DNA from: Agathobaculum sp.
Lineage (GTDB): Bacteria; Bacillota; Clostridia; Lachnospirales; Lachnospiraceae
DNA: 64,000 nucleotides
Direction: 5' to 3'
NCBI GenBank assembly: GCA_963611035.1
Contig: CAVDQU010000001.1
Coordinates: 8,425 to 72,424 of the forward strand
The notes beneath the pieces are model-generated. The model made no database searches and had not been told where the DNA came from. It was given only the letters and a program-made list of their open reading frames with translations. Made by a program: the position numbers and the translations under genes. Below, piece after piece: positions 27,771 to 37,282 of the stretch (position 1 is its first letter; each line of letters opens with the position of its first letter).

Positions 27771-30470
27771 TCAGACGTCACCCAGATCCCGGATCGTCTT
27801 AAAAACCTGGATCACAACCGTTGGCGCTAATGCTCCTAAAACCACAGTAAAAAGCTGCTCCCTGCTCAGATCTGCTGCCAGAAATACCTTCTGAAGCTGT
27901 GGTACAAACAGCACAGTTCCCATAAGCACAAGTCCCACAAACAGCGCCATAACGCACCAGAGATTACTCCCTATCCCCAGTAAAAACAGGCTTTTTCTCC
28001 CCCTGCAGTTAAATCCGTGGAGCAGTCTTGCCAGGATCAGTGTGGTAAATGCCATGGTGCTGGCAACGGCTTCATCGCCTTTGGCATAACCTTTTTCCCA
28101 GGCCCACATGGTAGCGCCTCCGATGAGAATCCCCTGAAATAAAATGCTGGCTGCAAAGGAAAGCGTCAGTATTCCTTCCTTTGGATCCCGCGGCGGCTGA
28201 CGCAGAAGGTCTTTGTCAGCCGGTTCCATGCCAATAGCAATTGCAGGAAGAGAGTCTGTCAGCAGATTGATAAACAGCAGATGCACCGGCGCAAATGGCA
28301 GCGGCAGCGCTTTTATGGATGTATACAATACACAAAGAATGCCCGCCATATTTCCCGATAATAAAAACTGGATCGCATTTTTAATATTCCGGTACACATT
28401 TCTGCCATTTGCCACTGCTTTGATGATGGTAGCGAAATTGTCATCGGTCAGTATCATGGCAGCTGCATCCCTGGATACCTCTGTTCCTGACTTGCCCATA
28501 GCAATACCGATATCTGCCTTTTTTAATGCAGGGGCATCATTCACTCCGTCTCCTGTCATGGCAGTAATATGCCCCTTTCTCTGCCATGCTTCCACAATGC
28601 GGATCTTGTGCTCCGGGGACACTCTGGCATATACACTGATCCGTTCCAGGTTATTTTCCAGGTCCCGCTCACTCATCTGCTCCAGTTCCATTCCTGTTAC
28701 TGCCAGGTCTCCCGGAGTGAAAATGCCAATATCCGCCGCCACTGCCGCTGCCGTAGCCTTGTGATCCCCGGTGATCATGACTGTCCGTATCCCCGCTTTT
28801 TTCGCCTCTGCCACTGCCCCACGGGACTGGGGTCTTGGGGGATCGGACATGGCTGCAAGGCCCAGAAAGATTAAATCTTCTGCCAGGTCTTCCCCTGTTT
28901 TTCTCCCATTCAAATCCAAAGGCCTGCATGCCAGTGCAAGAATACGTATTCCCTTTTTAGACCAGGCAGCATTCTGTTGTAAAATACGGTTTCGATCTGA
29001 AAACAGCAACGGCCGCCCCCAGGAAGCGCATTCTGGTCTTTCTACGCTTTCTGATTTTCCTGATCTTTCCGGTTTTCCTGGTCTTTCCAGCCTATGTTTT
29101 CCTGAAAAAGCCGGATTGATCACATAAGTACACCGGGACAATAAAACATCCGGCGCCCCTTTTACAAATAAGATCTGCTCCCTGTCCTTTTTGCAAAGGG
29201 CCCCCATATATTTTCTTTTTGAGTCAAAAGGCAGCTCCAGAAGACGTTTCCAGCCTTTCCGGATCATTTCCGGATCTTCTCCCGCTTCTTTTGTCATCTC
29301 TAAAAGGGCCTGCTCTAAAGGATCTGCCGTTTCTTCCGGCAGATCACCCCATGCATTATTTGCAAGGACCGCCGTTTCCAGAAAAAGGAAATTTTCATGT
29401 TTTTTCAACTGGCTTACAGGTATTTCTTCTCCGTTTAAAAATACAGCCTCTGCCCGCAGCCGGTTCTGGGTCAGCGTTCCTGTTTTATCCGAACAGATCA
29501 CCGATACACAGCCAAGACTTTCCACTGCCTTCAAATCCTTTATAACTGCATGTTCTTTTGCCATTTTCTGGGTCCCCATTGCCTGGACAATGGTCACAAT
29601 AGAACCAAGAGCTTCTGGGATAGCAGCCACTGCCAGCGCCACTGCAAACATCAGGGCGTCCAGCACCGGCTCCCTGCGATAAAGGCTGATAACAAAGATC
29701 ACGCCGCAGACAAGCATAATTACAAATGCCAGATGTCCGGAAAACCGGTCCAGACTGGCCTGCAGCGGCGTTTTCTTTTCTGCTGTGCGGTTCATCAAAG
29801 AGGCAATCTTTCCGATCTGAGTGTCCATTCCCGTAGCTGTCACCACCGCTGTACCTCTGCCTCCTGTGATCAGAGCACCAGAAAAGACCATATTGCTCTG
29901 ATCTCCCAGAGAAATGTTCTCCTGTTCAGAAAACAGGCTTTTTTCGTTTTTTTCCACGCTTAAAGCTTCTCCTGTAAGGGAACTTTCATTGCAGGTAAGG
30001 CCCGTGGCCTGTAAAATGCGCCCGTCTGCAGCTGCCATTCCCCCGGTCTCCAAAACCAGGATATCCCCGGGAACCACTCTGGAAGAAGGTACCATGCAGA
30101 TCCGTCCTTCCCGCAATAGCAGCGTGTCCGTAGCAGCCAGACGTTTCAGGCTTTCCAGGGATTTTCTGGCTTTCTGGTGCTGGACTGTGCCTAAAATGGC
30201 ATTTAATAAAAGGACAGAAAATATGACCAGAGCGCTTTGCGGGTCCCCGGTAACCATAGACACACCGGCTGCGCCAATGAGGATCATCACTAAAAGATCC
30301 TTAAACTGTCCCAAAAACACCTGCCACCAGGGCATTTCTTCCTGCTCTTTTAAAACATTTTCCCCATATGTTTTAAGCCGTTTTTCCGCCTCTTCCTCAC
30401 TGAGCCCGGTCCTGTTGGTGCCAAGGCGTTTTAAGACTTCCTCCTGGGTCAGACCATACCATTGTGCCAT
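27771..30470 (-). CDS. Cation (Ca2+-type, P-II) transporting P-type ATPase
   Basis: LTGE, IPEAL, CSDKTGT, KGAPD, MITGDH, TGDGVNDAPALK; start ATG 30470 after GGAGG. Confidence 0.93.
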   Translation of the reverse strand: MAQWYGLTQEEVLKRLGTNRTGLSEEEAEKRLKTYGENVLKEQEEMPWWQVFLGQFKDLLVMILIGAAGVSMVTGDPQSALVIFSVLLLNAILGTVQHQKARKSLESLKRLAATDTLLLREGRICMVPSSRVVPGDILVLETGGMAAADGRILQATGLTCNESSLTGEALSVEKNEKSLFSEQENISLGDQSNMVFSGALITGGRGTAVVTATGMDTQIGKIASLMNRTAEKKTPLQASLDRFSGHLAFVIMLVCGVIFVISLYRREPVLDALMFAVALAVAAIPEALGSIVTIVQAMGTQKMAKEHAVIKDLKAVESLGCVSVICSDKTGTLTQNRLRAEAVFLNGEEIPVSQLKKHENFLFLETAVLANNAWGDLPEETADPLEQALLEMTKEAGEDPEMIRKGWKRLLELPFDSKRKYMGALCKKDREQILFVKGAPDVLLSRCTYVINPAFSGKHRLERPGKPERSGKSESVERPECASWGRPLLFSDRNRILQQNAAWSKKGIRILALACRPLDLNGRKTGEDLAEDLIFLGLAAMSDPPRPQSRGAVAEAKKAGIRTVMITGDHKATAAAVAADIGIFTPGDLAVTGMELEQMSERDLENNLERISVYARVSPEHKIRIVEAWQRKGHITAMTGDGVNDAPALKKADIGIAMGKSGTEVSRDAAAMILTDDNFATIIKAVANGRNVYRNIKNAIQFLLSGNMAGILCVLYTSIKALPLPFAPVHLLFINLLTDSLPAIAIGMEPADKDLLRQPPRDPKEGILTLSFAASILFQGILIGGATMWAWEKGYAKGDEAVASTMAFTTLILARLLHGFNCRGRKSLFLLGIGSNLWCVMALFVGLVLMGTVLFVPQLQKVFLAADLSREQLFTVVLGALAPTVVIQVFKTIRDLGDV

Positions 30471-30497
30471 TCTTTCCTCCATATAGATTCCATATAG

Positions 30498-30545
30498 AAA
30501 AAAATGAGGATGCCCCGACCCATATGGTCTTTGTGACGTCCTCAT
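30498..30545 (-). promoter_or_regulatory. Terminator-like leader hairpin upstream of the P-type ATPase (candidate attenuator/riboswitch)
   Basis: ATGAGGA...TCCTCAT stem with internal loop, then T7, just before the RBS. Confidence 0.45.
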
Positions 30546-30624
30546 CTGAATGTATGTTATACCTTCTCCCGGATCACGGGAGAACATCTATTTCTCTCTA
30601 ATTTTTATGCAGGAAAAAACAGGC

Positions 30625-31776
30625 TTATGACCTGCCGCCAAATATCATTTCAAAAGCAACTCTGTATCCTAACGGAAGAGATGCTTCCTCTACATATTCC
30701 TCTCTGGTATGGGCGCCTGCTCCGTGGTAGCTTCCTACGCATACACTTGGGATCCCCATAGAAAGAGGGATATTGCAGTCTGTAGAACCAGAACCCACCG
30801 CCGGGCAGATCCCTGTTACTGCTTCTACTGCCGTTTTTGCCCGCTCTAACAGCTGGGCCTGACGCTCTTTATCCACATCCCCGGAGCATGGGCGGATGCC
30901 TAAGATCTCATATGTAATATCAAGACCTGCAGCCTTTGCCTCAGCGATCACAGACTCAAATTTTTCTTCCATATAAGCCAGATTTTCTCTTCTGTCAGAA
31001 CGAAACTCATATAACATGGAAACATCCTGGGCAATGGTATTTACAGAAGTTCCGCCGGAAATGGTACCTACATTATAAGTGGTCCTTCCGCCTTCTGGAA
31101 CCTGGATCTGGTACAGTTTTTCAATGATACCTGCCAGCTTTTCAATAGCATTTGCATTGCCGAAATTGCCGAAGGAATGTCCGCCCTCTGTGCGTACAGT
31201 CACCTTATAACGGTTGGAGCCTACTGCCTCATCTACCAGATGCTCCAGTTTTCCATCAAATGTACAGAACATGCTCATACGGCTGCCATAGTCTTCGCAA
31301 ATCTTCTTCACGCCTTTCAGGTTTCCAAGACCTTCCTCTCCGGAATTGCATACAAAGATCAGTCCCGGTGCATTTTTCGGCCGGATCTCATTTAATCTGC
31401 CTTCTTTTATCATAAGTGCCGTATATTTTGCAGCTAAAAGAACGCACACCAGGCATGCAGTGTCATCACCAACACCAGGACAGCAGATACGGCCATTTTC
31501 CACCTTCAGGGGAAGTTCCGTTTCATCTGGGAAAACTACATCTATATGAGCCATGTAAACTTCTACGCTGTCTCTTAAAACAGCGGGATAAACCACATTT
31601 AATGCCTCATCAATGTAAACACCTTCTGCGCCCTGTTCCTTTAACCAGTTACAGCAAAACTCTGCTCTTTTTTCTTCGTGATTGGACGGAGACGGAATCT
31701 TTGCAATGGTCAGAAGCAAGTCATATGCCTCTTTTTCATGTTCCTTGATAAAACGCTCCATAGCTTCACTTAACAT
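30625..31776 (-). CDS. M20/M25/M40 family metallopeptidase
   Basis: AHIDVVF, PGVGDD, GEEGLG, GGHS, STDCN, AHTREE. Confidence 0.9.
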   Translation of the reverse strand: MLSEAMERFIKEHEKEAYDLLLTIAKIPSPSNHEEKRAEFCCNWLKEQGAEGVYIDEALNVVYPAVLRDSVEVYMAHIDVVFPDETELPLKVENGRICCPGVGDDTACLVCVLLAAKYTALMIKEGRLNEIRPKNAPGLIFVCNSGEEGLGNLKGVKKICEDYGSRMSMFCTFDGKLEHLVDEAVGSNRYKVTVRTEGGHSFGNFGNANAIEKLAGIIEKLYQIQVPEGGRTTYNVGTISGGTSVNTIAQDVSMLYEFRSDRRENLAYMEEKFESVIAEAKAAGLDITYEILGIRPCSGDVDKERQAQLLERAKTAVEAVTGICPAVGSGSTDCNIPLSMGIPSVCVGSYHGAGAHTREEYVEEASLPLGYRVAFEMIFGGRS

Positions 31777-31777
31777 G

Positions 31778-33787
31778 TTACATTCCTTCTTTCTGGTTCT
31801 CATTGGAATTTTTGCTTCCAGTTTCTGTCTTTATTGTAGCTTCTGTTTTTATTACAGCTTTTGCTTCTGCCTTTTTCTCTCTGTACTTTTCACTTTTCTT
31901 TTCCGGACATTTAAGTCCGGCAAATACCTGGATCGATCTTGCAAGAACAAGTGCTTCTTTCTGGTCATCCAGAAGCTTTTCTTTCCCTTCTGGCAAAAAT
32001 CCGTTCATGTTATCCTCTGCCGTATCTAATACCTGATGCCAGCTGTAACCTGAGGGCAGATTAGGAAGTGCAAATGTATGTGGCTCCCAGTGCATGTTGT
32101 AGGCAGTGTAAAAATACGGTTCTTCGCTGCCATCTGCATTTTCTCCATAAGAAGCGCTGTAAAACACGCCTAGCTGACGGCTGTAACGCTCAAAATCCGG
32201 GCACCAGGCCTTTTCCCCGTGGAAAGATACATCCGGCAGACCTACGGATTTGTGATCCATTAAGGTCGGTTCTGTGCTGCGGTGGAACAGGCTGTGCTTT
32301 TTGCGGAAGGCGATCAGGTTTTTGGTAAATTCATAAAGGCCTTTATGGGAATCCAGCAGATTCCAGTTTAACCAGGAAATATCATTATCCTGGCAGTAGG
32401 CATTGTTATTTCCCTTCTGGGTGCGGCCAAATTCGTCACCTGCCATAAGCAGGGGAGTTCCCTGACTTAAAAAGAGCATGGTAAGGGCATTTTTAAGCTG
32501 GCGGTTTCGCAGGTTCACGATTTTTTTCTTTCGTACCGGGCCTTCTGCTCCGCAGTTCCAGGACTGGTTGTAGTCGGTGCCGTCATGGTTTTCCTCGCCG
32601 TTGTCCTCGTTGTGTTTATGGTCGTAAGAAACCATGTCCATTAAGGTAAAGCCATTGGTATTTGCCATGTAATTAATAGACGCCACAGTATCCGGGTTAT
32701 CTTTTACATGAAGAGCCACCTGGTTTAACATGCCTTCATCGCCCTTTAAAAAGCCTCGCATATCCAGCATAAATCCGGTTTCGTAGGCAGACAAGCGGCG
32801 GCCCGGGCCTTTTTTCTCTTCCCCGGATCTATGGTTTCTGTCTGCTCCTTTTACTTCTCTTACCTCTTTCACTTCATCCCAATTCTTGGCCCAAAGCTTC
32901 AGATCTGACAGGTACGGGTCTTTCACAATGGTTTCCAAAGGAGCATAACCTACCAGATGGATACCATCCACATGGTACTCAGCCGCCCAGAAACGCAACA
33001 CATCCAACACATAGGATGGAGACCGGGTCCCGTCAAAGTATAATTCAATGACCAGTTCCAGACCTGCTTTATGTAATGCTTTTACCAGAGTTTTAAACTC
33101 CTTTACCGGGTCCTTTTTCTGCCCCGGTGCTGCACCTGCATAGGCTGCTTTCGGCGCAAAACTGTGTCCGCAGCAATAGCCCCAGTAGTTTACCTTTCCA
33201 GGGGCATCTTCCATGATCTCGTCAAATTCCACAGGCGGCATCATTTCTACGGTAGTAATCCCCAGTTCCTTCATATAAGGGATCTTGTCAGCAATGGCGC
33301 CAAAAGTTCCCCGCTTCCAGCTTTCCCCTTTAAAGGAGGTATGTTTGGAAAAACCTCTCGGGTGTATCTTGTATACAATACACTCATTAGCCGGGATCTC
33401 AGGTCTTTTGTCCTCTTCCCAGTCAAAGGCTTCTTTTACTGCTTCAAAAGGAGTATGCAGCGCACATCCCGCCGTCTTTTCATCTCCCCATTTTTCCCGT
33501 CCTGTAAAACAGGTTCCAAATGGGTCGGAGATCTCTTTTCCCTCTTCTTCAAAGGCATATTCCAGACCGGTAAAATCCCCCTTTACCGTCATGAAATGCA
33601 CATCCCCCATACGGGCATTTTCCGGAAACGCAAGTCTGGCTGTCTGTTTCCTGCTGCCCTTTTCAAAAAGCAGCAACGCCGGGGTCTTCTCAGAAACAAA
33701 CGTCACGTCAAATCCCCCCTGAGTTTTTGTCACTCCCAGCGGATAGATCTTTCCCTCATTTGTTTCTATGCTATACTCTCTTTTCAT
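31778..33787 (-). CDS. glgX: Glycogen debranching enzyme GlgX-like (GH13)
   Basis: YPLG, NYWGY, GFTLMDMVSY..KHN..NGE.N.DG, SQGTP...GDEF; some usual catalytic motifs look degenerate. Confidence 0.8.
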   Translation of the reverse strand: MKREYSIETNEGKIYPLGVTKTQGGFDVTFVSEKTPALLLFEKGSRKQTARLAFPENARMGDVHFMTVKGDFTGLEYAFEEEGKEISDPFGTCFTGREKWGDEKTAGCALHTPFEAVKEAFDWEEDKRPEIPANECIVYKIHPRGFSKHTSFKGESWKRGTFGAIADKIPYMKELGITTVEMMPPVEFDEIMEDAPGKVNYWGYCCGHSFAPKAAYAGAAPGQKKDPVKEFKTLVKALHKAGLELVIELYFDGTRSPSYVLDVLRFWAAEYHVDGIHLVGYAPLETIVKDPYLSDLKLWAKNWDEVKEVREVKGADRNHRSGEEKKGPGRRLSAYETGFMLDMRGFLKGDEGMLNQVALHVKDNPDTVASINYMANTNGFTLMDMVSYDHKHNEDNGEENHDGTDYNQSWNCGAEGPVRKKKIVNLRNRQLKNALTMLFLSQGTPLLMAGDEFGRTQKGNNNAYCQDNDISWLNWNLLDSHKGLYEFTKNLIAFRKKHSLFHRSTEPTLMDHKSVGLPDVSFHGEKAWCPDFERYSRQLGVFYSASYGENADGSEEPYFYTAYNMHWEPHTFALPNLPSGYSWHQVLDTAEDNMNGFLPEGKEKLLDDQKEALVLARSIQVFAGLKCPEKKSEKYREKKAEAKAVIKTEATIKTETGSKNSNENQKEGM

Positions 33788-33885
33788 ATATTGCCGCCTT
33801 TCAGTTTCCTTCCATGTTACACTGCCAAATTCCAATCCCCCCCTGCGCGGCATCGCCGCGGAGGAAGCGCCTTGTGGAGTTCATC

Positions 33886-35763
33886 CTACTTCTTGCTTTC
33901 GATCTGCTCCACCAGATCGGTAAGATACATCCACCGGTCCATTTTTTCTTCTAACTGTGCCTCTTTTTCTGTTTTTTCATTCATCAGTTCATTGAGGCGG
34001 GTATAATTGCTGGCAGATTTTTCAATCTCTGTTTCCAGGGCTGCGATGGCCTCTTCCAGACCTGCAATATCCCCTTCAATGGTCTCCCATTCTCTCTGCT
34101 CTTTGTAGCTTAAACGCAGCTTCTTCTGAGCGCCGGAAGTCTCTTTCCAGTTGTTTTTATTCACTGTCTTTGCATTTCCGGTGTTTTCTTCATCAGCATC
34201 CTTATCCGCTGCCTTTCCGGAACCTGCATTTCCGGCTCCGTTTCCATTCCCACTAATCTGTGGATGACGTTCATTCCAAGCACGCTGATAATCGGTGAAG
34301 CCACCTTCATACTGCTGCACCACCCCATTTCCCTCAAAAGCGAAAATACGGTTTACTACGCGGTCCAGGAAATAACGGTCATGAGATACAGTGATCACAA
34401 TACCCGGAAATGTATCCAGATAATCTTCCAGTAAGATCAATGTCTGAATATCCAGATCATTGGTAGGCTCGTCCAGGATCAGCACGTTAGGCGCTTCCAT
34501 AAGGATGCGCAGAAGGTACAGACGGCGTTTTTCACCGCCGGAAAGCTTTCCAATGGTTGTATACTGCATACTGGCTGGGAACAGGAAACGCTCCAACATC
34601 TGGCTGGCACTGATGCTGCCGTCTTTTGTCTTTACATATTCTGCTGCATTGCGGATATAGTCAATCACCTTCAGGCTTTCATCCATAGCCTCATTTTCCT
34701 GGGAAAAATAACCCAGTTTTACAGTCTGGCCGATCTCTACGGTACCGGAATCCGGCTCTACCCAGCCTGCAATGATCTTCATTAAAGTAGATTTTCCGCT
34801 GCCGTTCTGTCCGATGATTCCCACACGGTCATTTTTCAGAAAAATATAGGTGAAGTCCTTCATCAGCACCTTATCTCCGTATGCCTTGCAGATATCTTTC
34901 AGCTCTACCGTAGTACGGCCCAGCCTGCTTCCAATGGACTCCAGCTGCACATTTCTGTCATACTCCGGTCCTTCCTGGTCACGGAGCTGCTCATATCTCT
35001 GGATATGGGCTTTCTGCTTGGTGGAACGGGCTCTGGCACCGCGCTGCATCCAGGCGATCTCTGTGCGCAGGATAGACTGGCGCTTGCGCTCTGCTGCTTC
35101 TGCCATGCTTAAACGTTCTGCCTTTAATTCCAGGTATTTCTCATAACCGCCCTGATAACTGTACAGTTTCCCCTTGTCCAGCTCCACAATACGGTTGGTC
35201 ACACTGTCCAGGAAATACCGGTCATGGGTGATCATTAAAAGGGCGCCCTTAAAAGCCTTTAAATAACCTTCCAGCCAGTCAGCCATCTGGCTGTCCAAAT
35301 GGTTGGTAGGCTCGTCCAGGATCAACAGGTCCGCTGTACTTAAAAGAACGCTTGCAAGAGCCACTCGTTTTCTCTGGCCGCCGGAAAGAGTCTCCACTTT
35401 GGCGTCAAAATCTTCAATCTCCAGACGGTTTAACATGGACTTTGCAGAAGCTTTTAATTCTTCTACAGAGCTGAAATGAGGCTCATTTTTATTATCCCTT
35501 ACAATACTGTCAAGAATGGTATCCCCAGGAGTAAATTCCGGGATCTGGGGCAGATAGCGGATATACAGGCTGCGCCCCTTTACCACGGTGCCGCCGTCCG
35601 GCTCCTCTAAGCCTGCAGCAATGCGCAGCAAAGTAGACTTTCCTGTGCCATTGATGCCGATAAGACCTACTTTTTCTCCTTCGTTGATGGAAAAGGCGGT
35701 ATCGTTGAACAACAGTCGTTCTGTATAGGATTTTGTTAAATGTTCGATGGTAAGTAAATTCAT
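33886..35763 (-). CDS. ABC-F ATPase, Uup/YfmR type
   Basis: Two NBDs, RARSTKQKA linker, C-terminal LSYKEQRE coiled-coil domain. Confidence 0.9.
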   Translation of the reverse strand: MNLLTIEHLTKSYTERLLFNDTAFSINEGEKVGLIGINGTGKSTLLRIAAGLEEPDGGTVVKGRSLYIRYLPQIPEFTPGDTILDSIVRDNKNEPHFSSVEELKASAKSMLNRLEIEDFDAKVETLSGGQRKRVALASVLLSTADLLILDEPTNHLDSQMADWLEGYLKAFKGALLMITHDRYFLDSVTNRIVELDKGKLYSYQGGYEKYLELKAERLSMAEAAERKRQSILRTEIAWMQRGARARSTKQKAHIQRYEQLRDQEGPEYDRNVQLESIGSRLGRTTVELKDICKAYGDKVLMKDFTYIFLKNDRVGIIGQNGSGKSTLMKIIAGWVEPDSGTVEIGQTVKLGYFSQENEAMDESLKVIDYIRNAAEYVKTKDGSISASQMLERFLFPASMQYTTIGKLSGGEKRRLYLLRILMEAPNVLILDEPTNDLDIQTLILLEDYLDTFPGIVITVSHDRYFLDRVVNRIFAFEGNGVVQQYEGGFTDYQRAWNERHPQISGNGNGAGNAGSGKAADKDADEENTGNAKTVNKNNWKETSGAQKKLRLSYKEQREWETIEGDIAGLEEAIAALETEIEKSASNYTRLNELMNEKTEKEAQLEEKMDRWMYLTDLVEQIESKK

Positions 35764-35870
35764 GCAGTAATTATTCCTTCATCATTGCTTTCCTGTTTAA
35801 TGCATCTGCAAAACAGGATATTATGCAGTTTTGTCTCTAAAAAAAGTATAGCACAAAGAAAAAACAGAGG

Positions 35871-36629
35871 CTACCTTCTAATCACTAATTCTACCGGACA
35901 ATGATCGGAACCAAGCACTTCTGTATGGATTTTTGCACTCTCCAGCTCCTCTTTTAAGCTTTCGCTGACGCAGAAATAGTCGATGCGCCAGCCTGCGTTC
36001 TTCTCTCTTGCCTTAAAACGGTAGGACCACCAGGAGTAGATCCCTTCTGTATCCGGGTAGAAATAACGCCAGGTATCAATAAAGCCCGCATTTAAAAGAT
36101 CTGTGAACTTGCCTCTTTCTTCGTCTGTGAAGCCCGCGTTTTTCCGGTTGGTCTTTGGATTTTTCAGGTCGATCTCTTTGTGGGCTACGTTTAAGTCGCC
36201 GCAGAAGATAACTGGCTTTTTCTCCTCTAACTTTTTAAGATATGCCAAAAATGCATCTTCCCAGGTCATACGGTAATCCAGCCTGGCAAGACCATCTTTG
36301 GAATTTGGTGTATAGCAGGTGACGATATAATATTCTGGGAATTCAGCTGTGATCACTCTGCCTTCGTGGTCATGTTCCTCGATACCAAGACCATAGGAAA
36401 CGGAGATGGGCTCTTCTTTTGTAAACATAGCTGTGCCGGAATAGCCCTTTTTCTCAGCATAGTTCCAGTACTGGTAATAGCCCGGCAGGTCCAGATCGAT
36501 CTGGCCTTCCTGCAGCTTGCTTTCCTGTATACAGAATACATCTGCATCCACCTCATTGAAAAAGTCCATAAAGCCTTTTCCAACGCAGGCCCGCAGACCA
36601 TTTACATTCCAGGATATGAGTTTTTTCAT
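35871..36629 (-). CDS. xth: Exodeoxyribonuclease III (AP endonuclease)
   Basis: [34 protein letters not shown]. Confidence 0.95.
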   Translation of the reverse strand: MKKLISWNVNGLRACVGKGFMDFFNEVDADVFCIQESKLQEGQIDLDLPGYYQYWNYAEKKGYSGTAMFTKEEPISVSYGLGIEEHDHEGRVITAEFPEYYIVTCYTPNSKDGLARLDYRMTWEDAFLAYLKKLEEKKPVIFCGDLNVAHKEIDLKNPKTNRKNAGFTDEERGKFTDLLNAGFIDTWRYFYPDTEGIYSWWSYRFKAREKNAGWRIDYFCVSESLKEELESAKIHTEVLGSDHCPVELVIRR

Positions 36630-36645
36630 GGTATTCTCTCCCCCC

Positions 36646-37131
36646 CTACTCAGGGTACACCAGACGAGACTCTGAGAACTCATCAATATGCTTCAGCACT
36701 TCCAGATACTTTGCAGCCAGATACTTCGCCATTCCCAGGTTCATATCCAGATAGTTTCCGCAGTCTTTCGGAGATGCGCCCGGTACTTCGCCTTCAAAGT
36801 CACGGACAAATTCGTACATTTCCACTACTAATGGCAGAATGTCCTTTGACTCATAATCCCCTGCTAAAAGCAGATAAAAACCGGTGCGGCAGCCCATTGG
36901 TCCAAAGTATATGGTCTTATCGCCGAAATCCTTATGGTTTCTTAAAAAAGTAGCACCTAAATGCTCAATGGTGTGCACTTCTGCGGTATTCATGACCGGT
37001 TCCTCGTTTGGAGAGGTCATACGCAGGTCGAAGGTGGTAACGGTGCTGTCGCCTACTTTATCCTTTCTAGATACGTAAACACCTGGCTGTAATTTAATAT
37101 GGTTGATGGTAAAACTTGCGATCTTTTCCAT
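36646..37131 (-). CDS. luxS: S-ribosylhomocysteine lyase
   Basis: [23 protein letters not shown]. Confidence 0.96.
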   Translation of the reverse strand: MEKIASFTINHIKLQPGVYVSRKDKVGDSTVTTFDLRMTSPNEEPVMNTAEVHTIEHLGATFLRNHKDFGDKTIYFGPMGCRTGFYLLLAGDYESKDILPLVVEMYEFVRDFEGEVPGASPKDCGNYLDMNLGMAKYLAAKYLEVLKHIDEFSESRLVYPE

Positions 37132-37282
37132 GATTATTTCCTCCTAAAACAGCAAAAGGACAGTCCCCAGTATTTCCCGGTTCCTGCCCTCCTTACTCTT
37201 AATGTTCTCTATTCATTCACTCACGAACCCCACGCTAATGCGCTCTACTGTCTGCTTACGCAGGTGGGACCTTCGTTAATGC

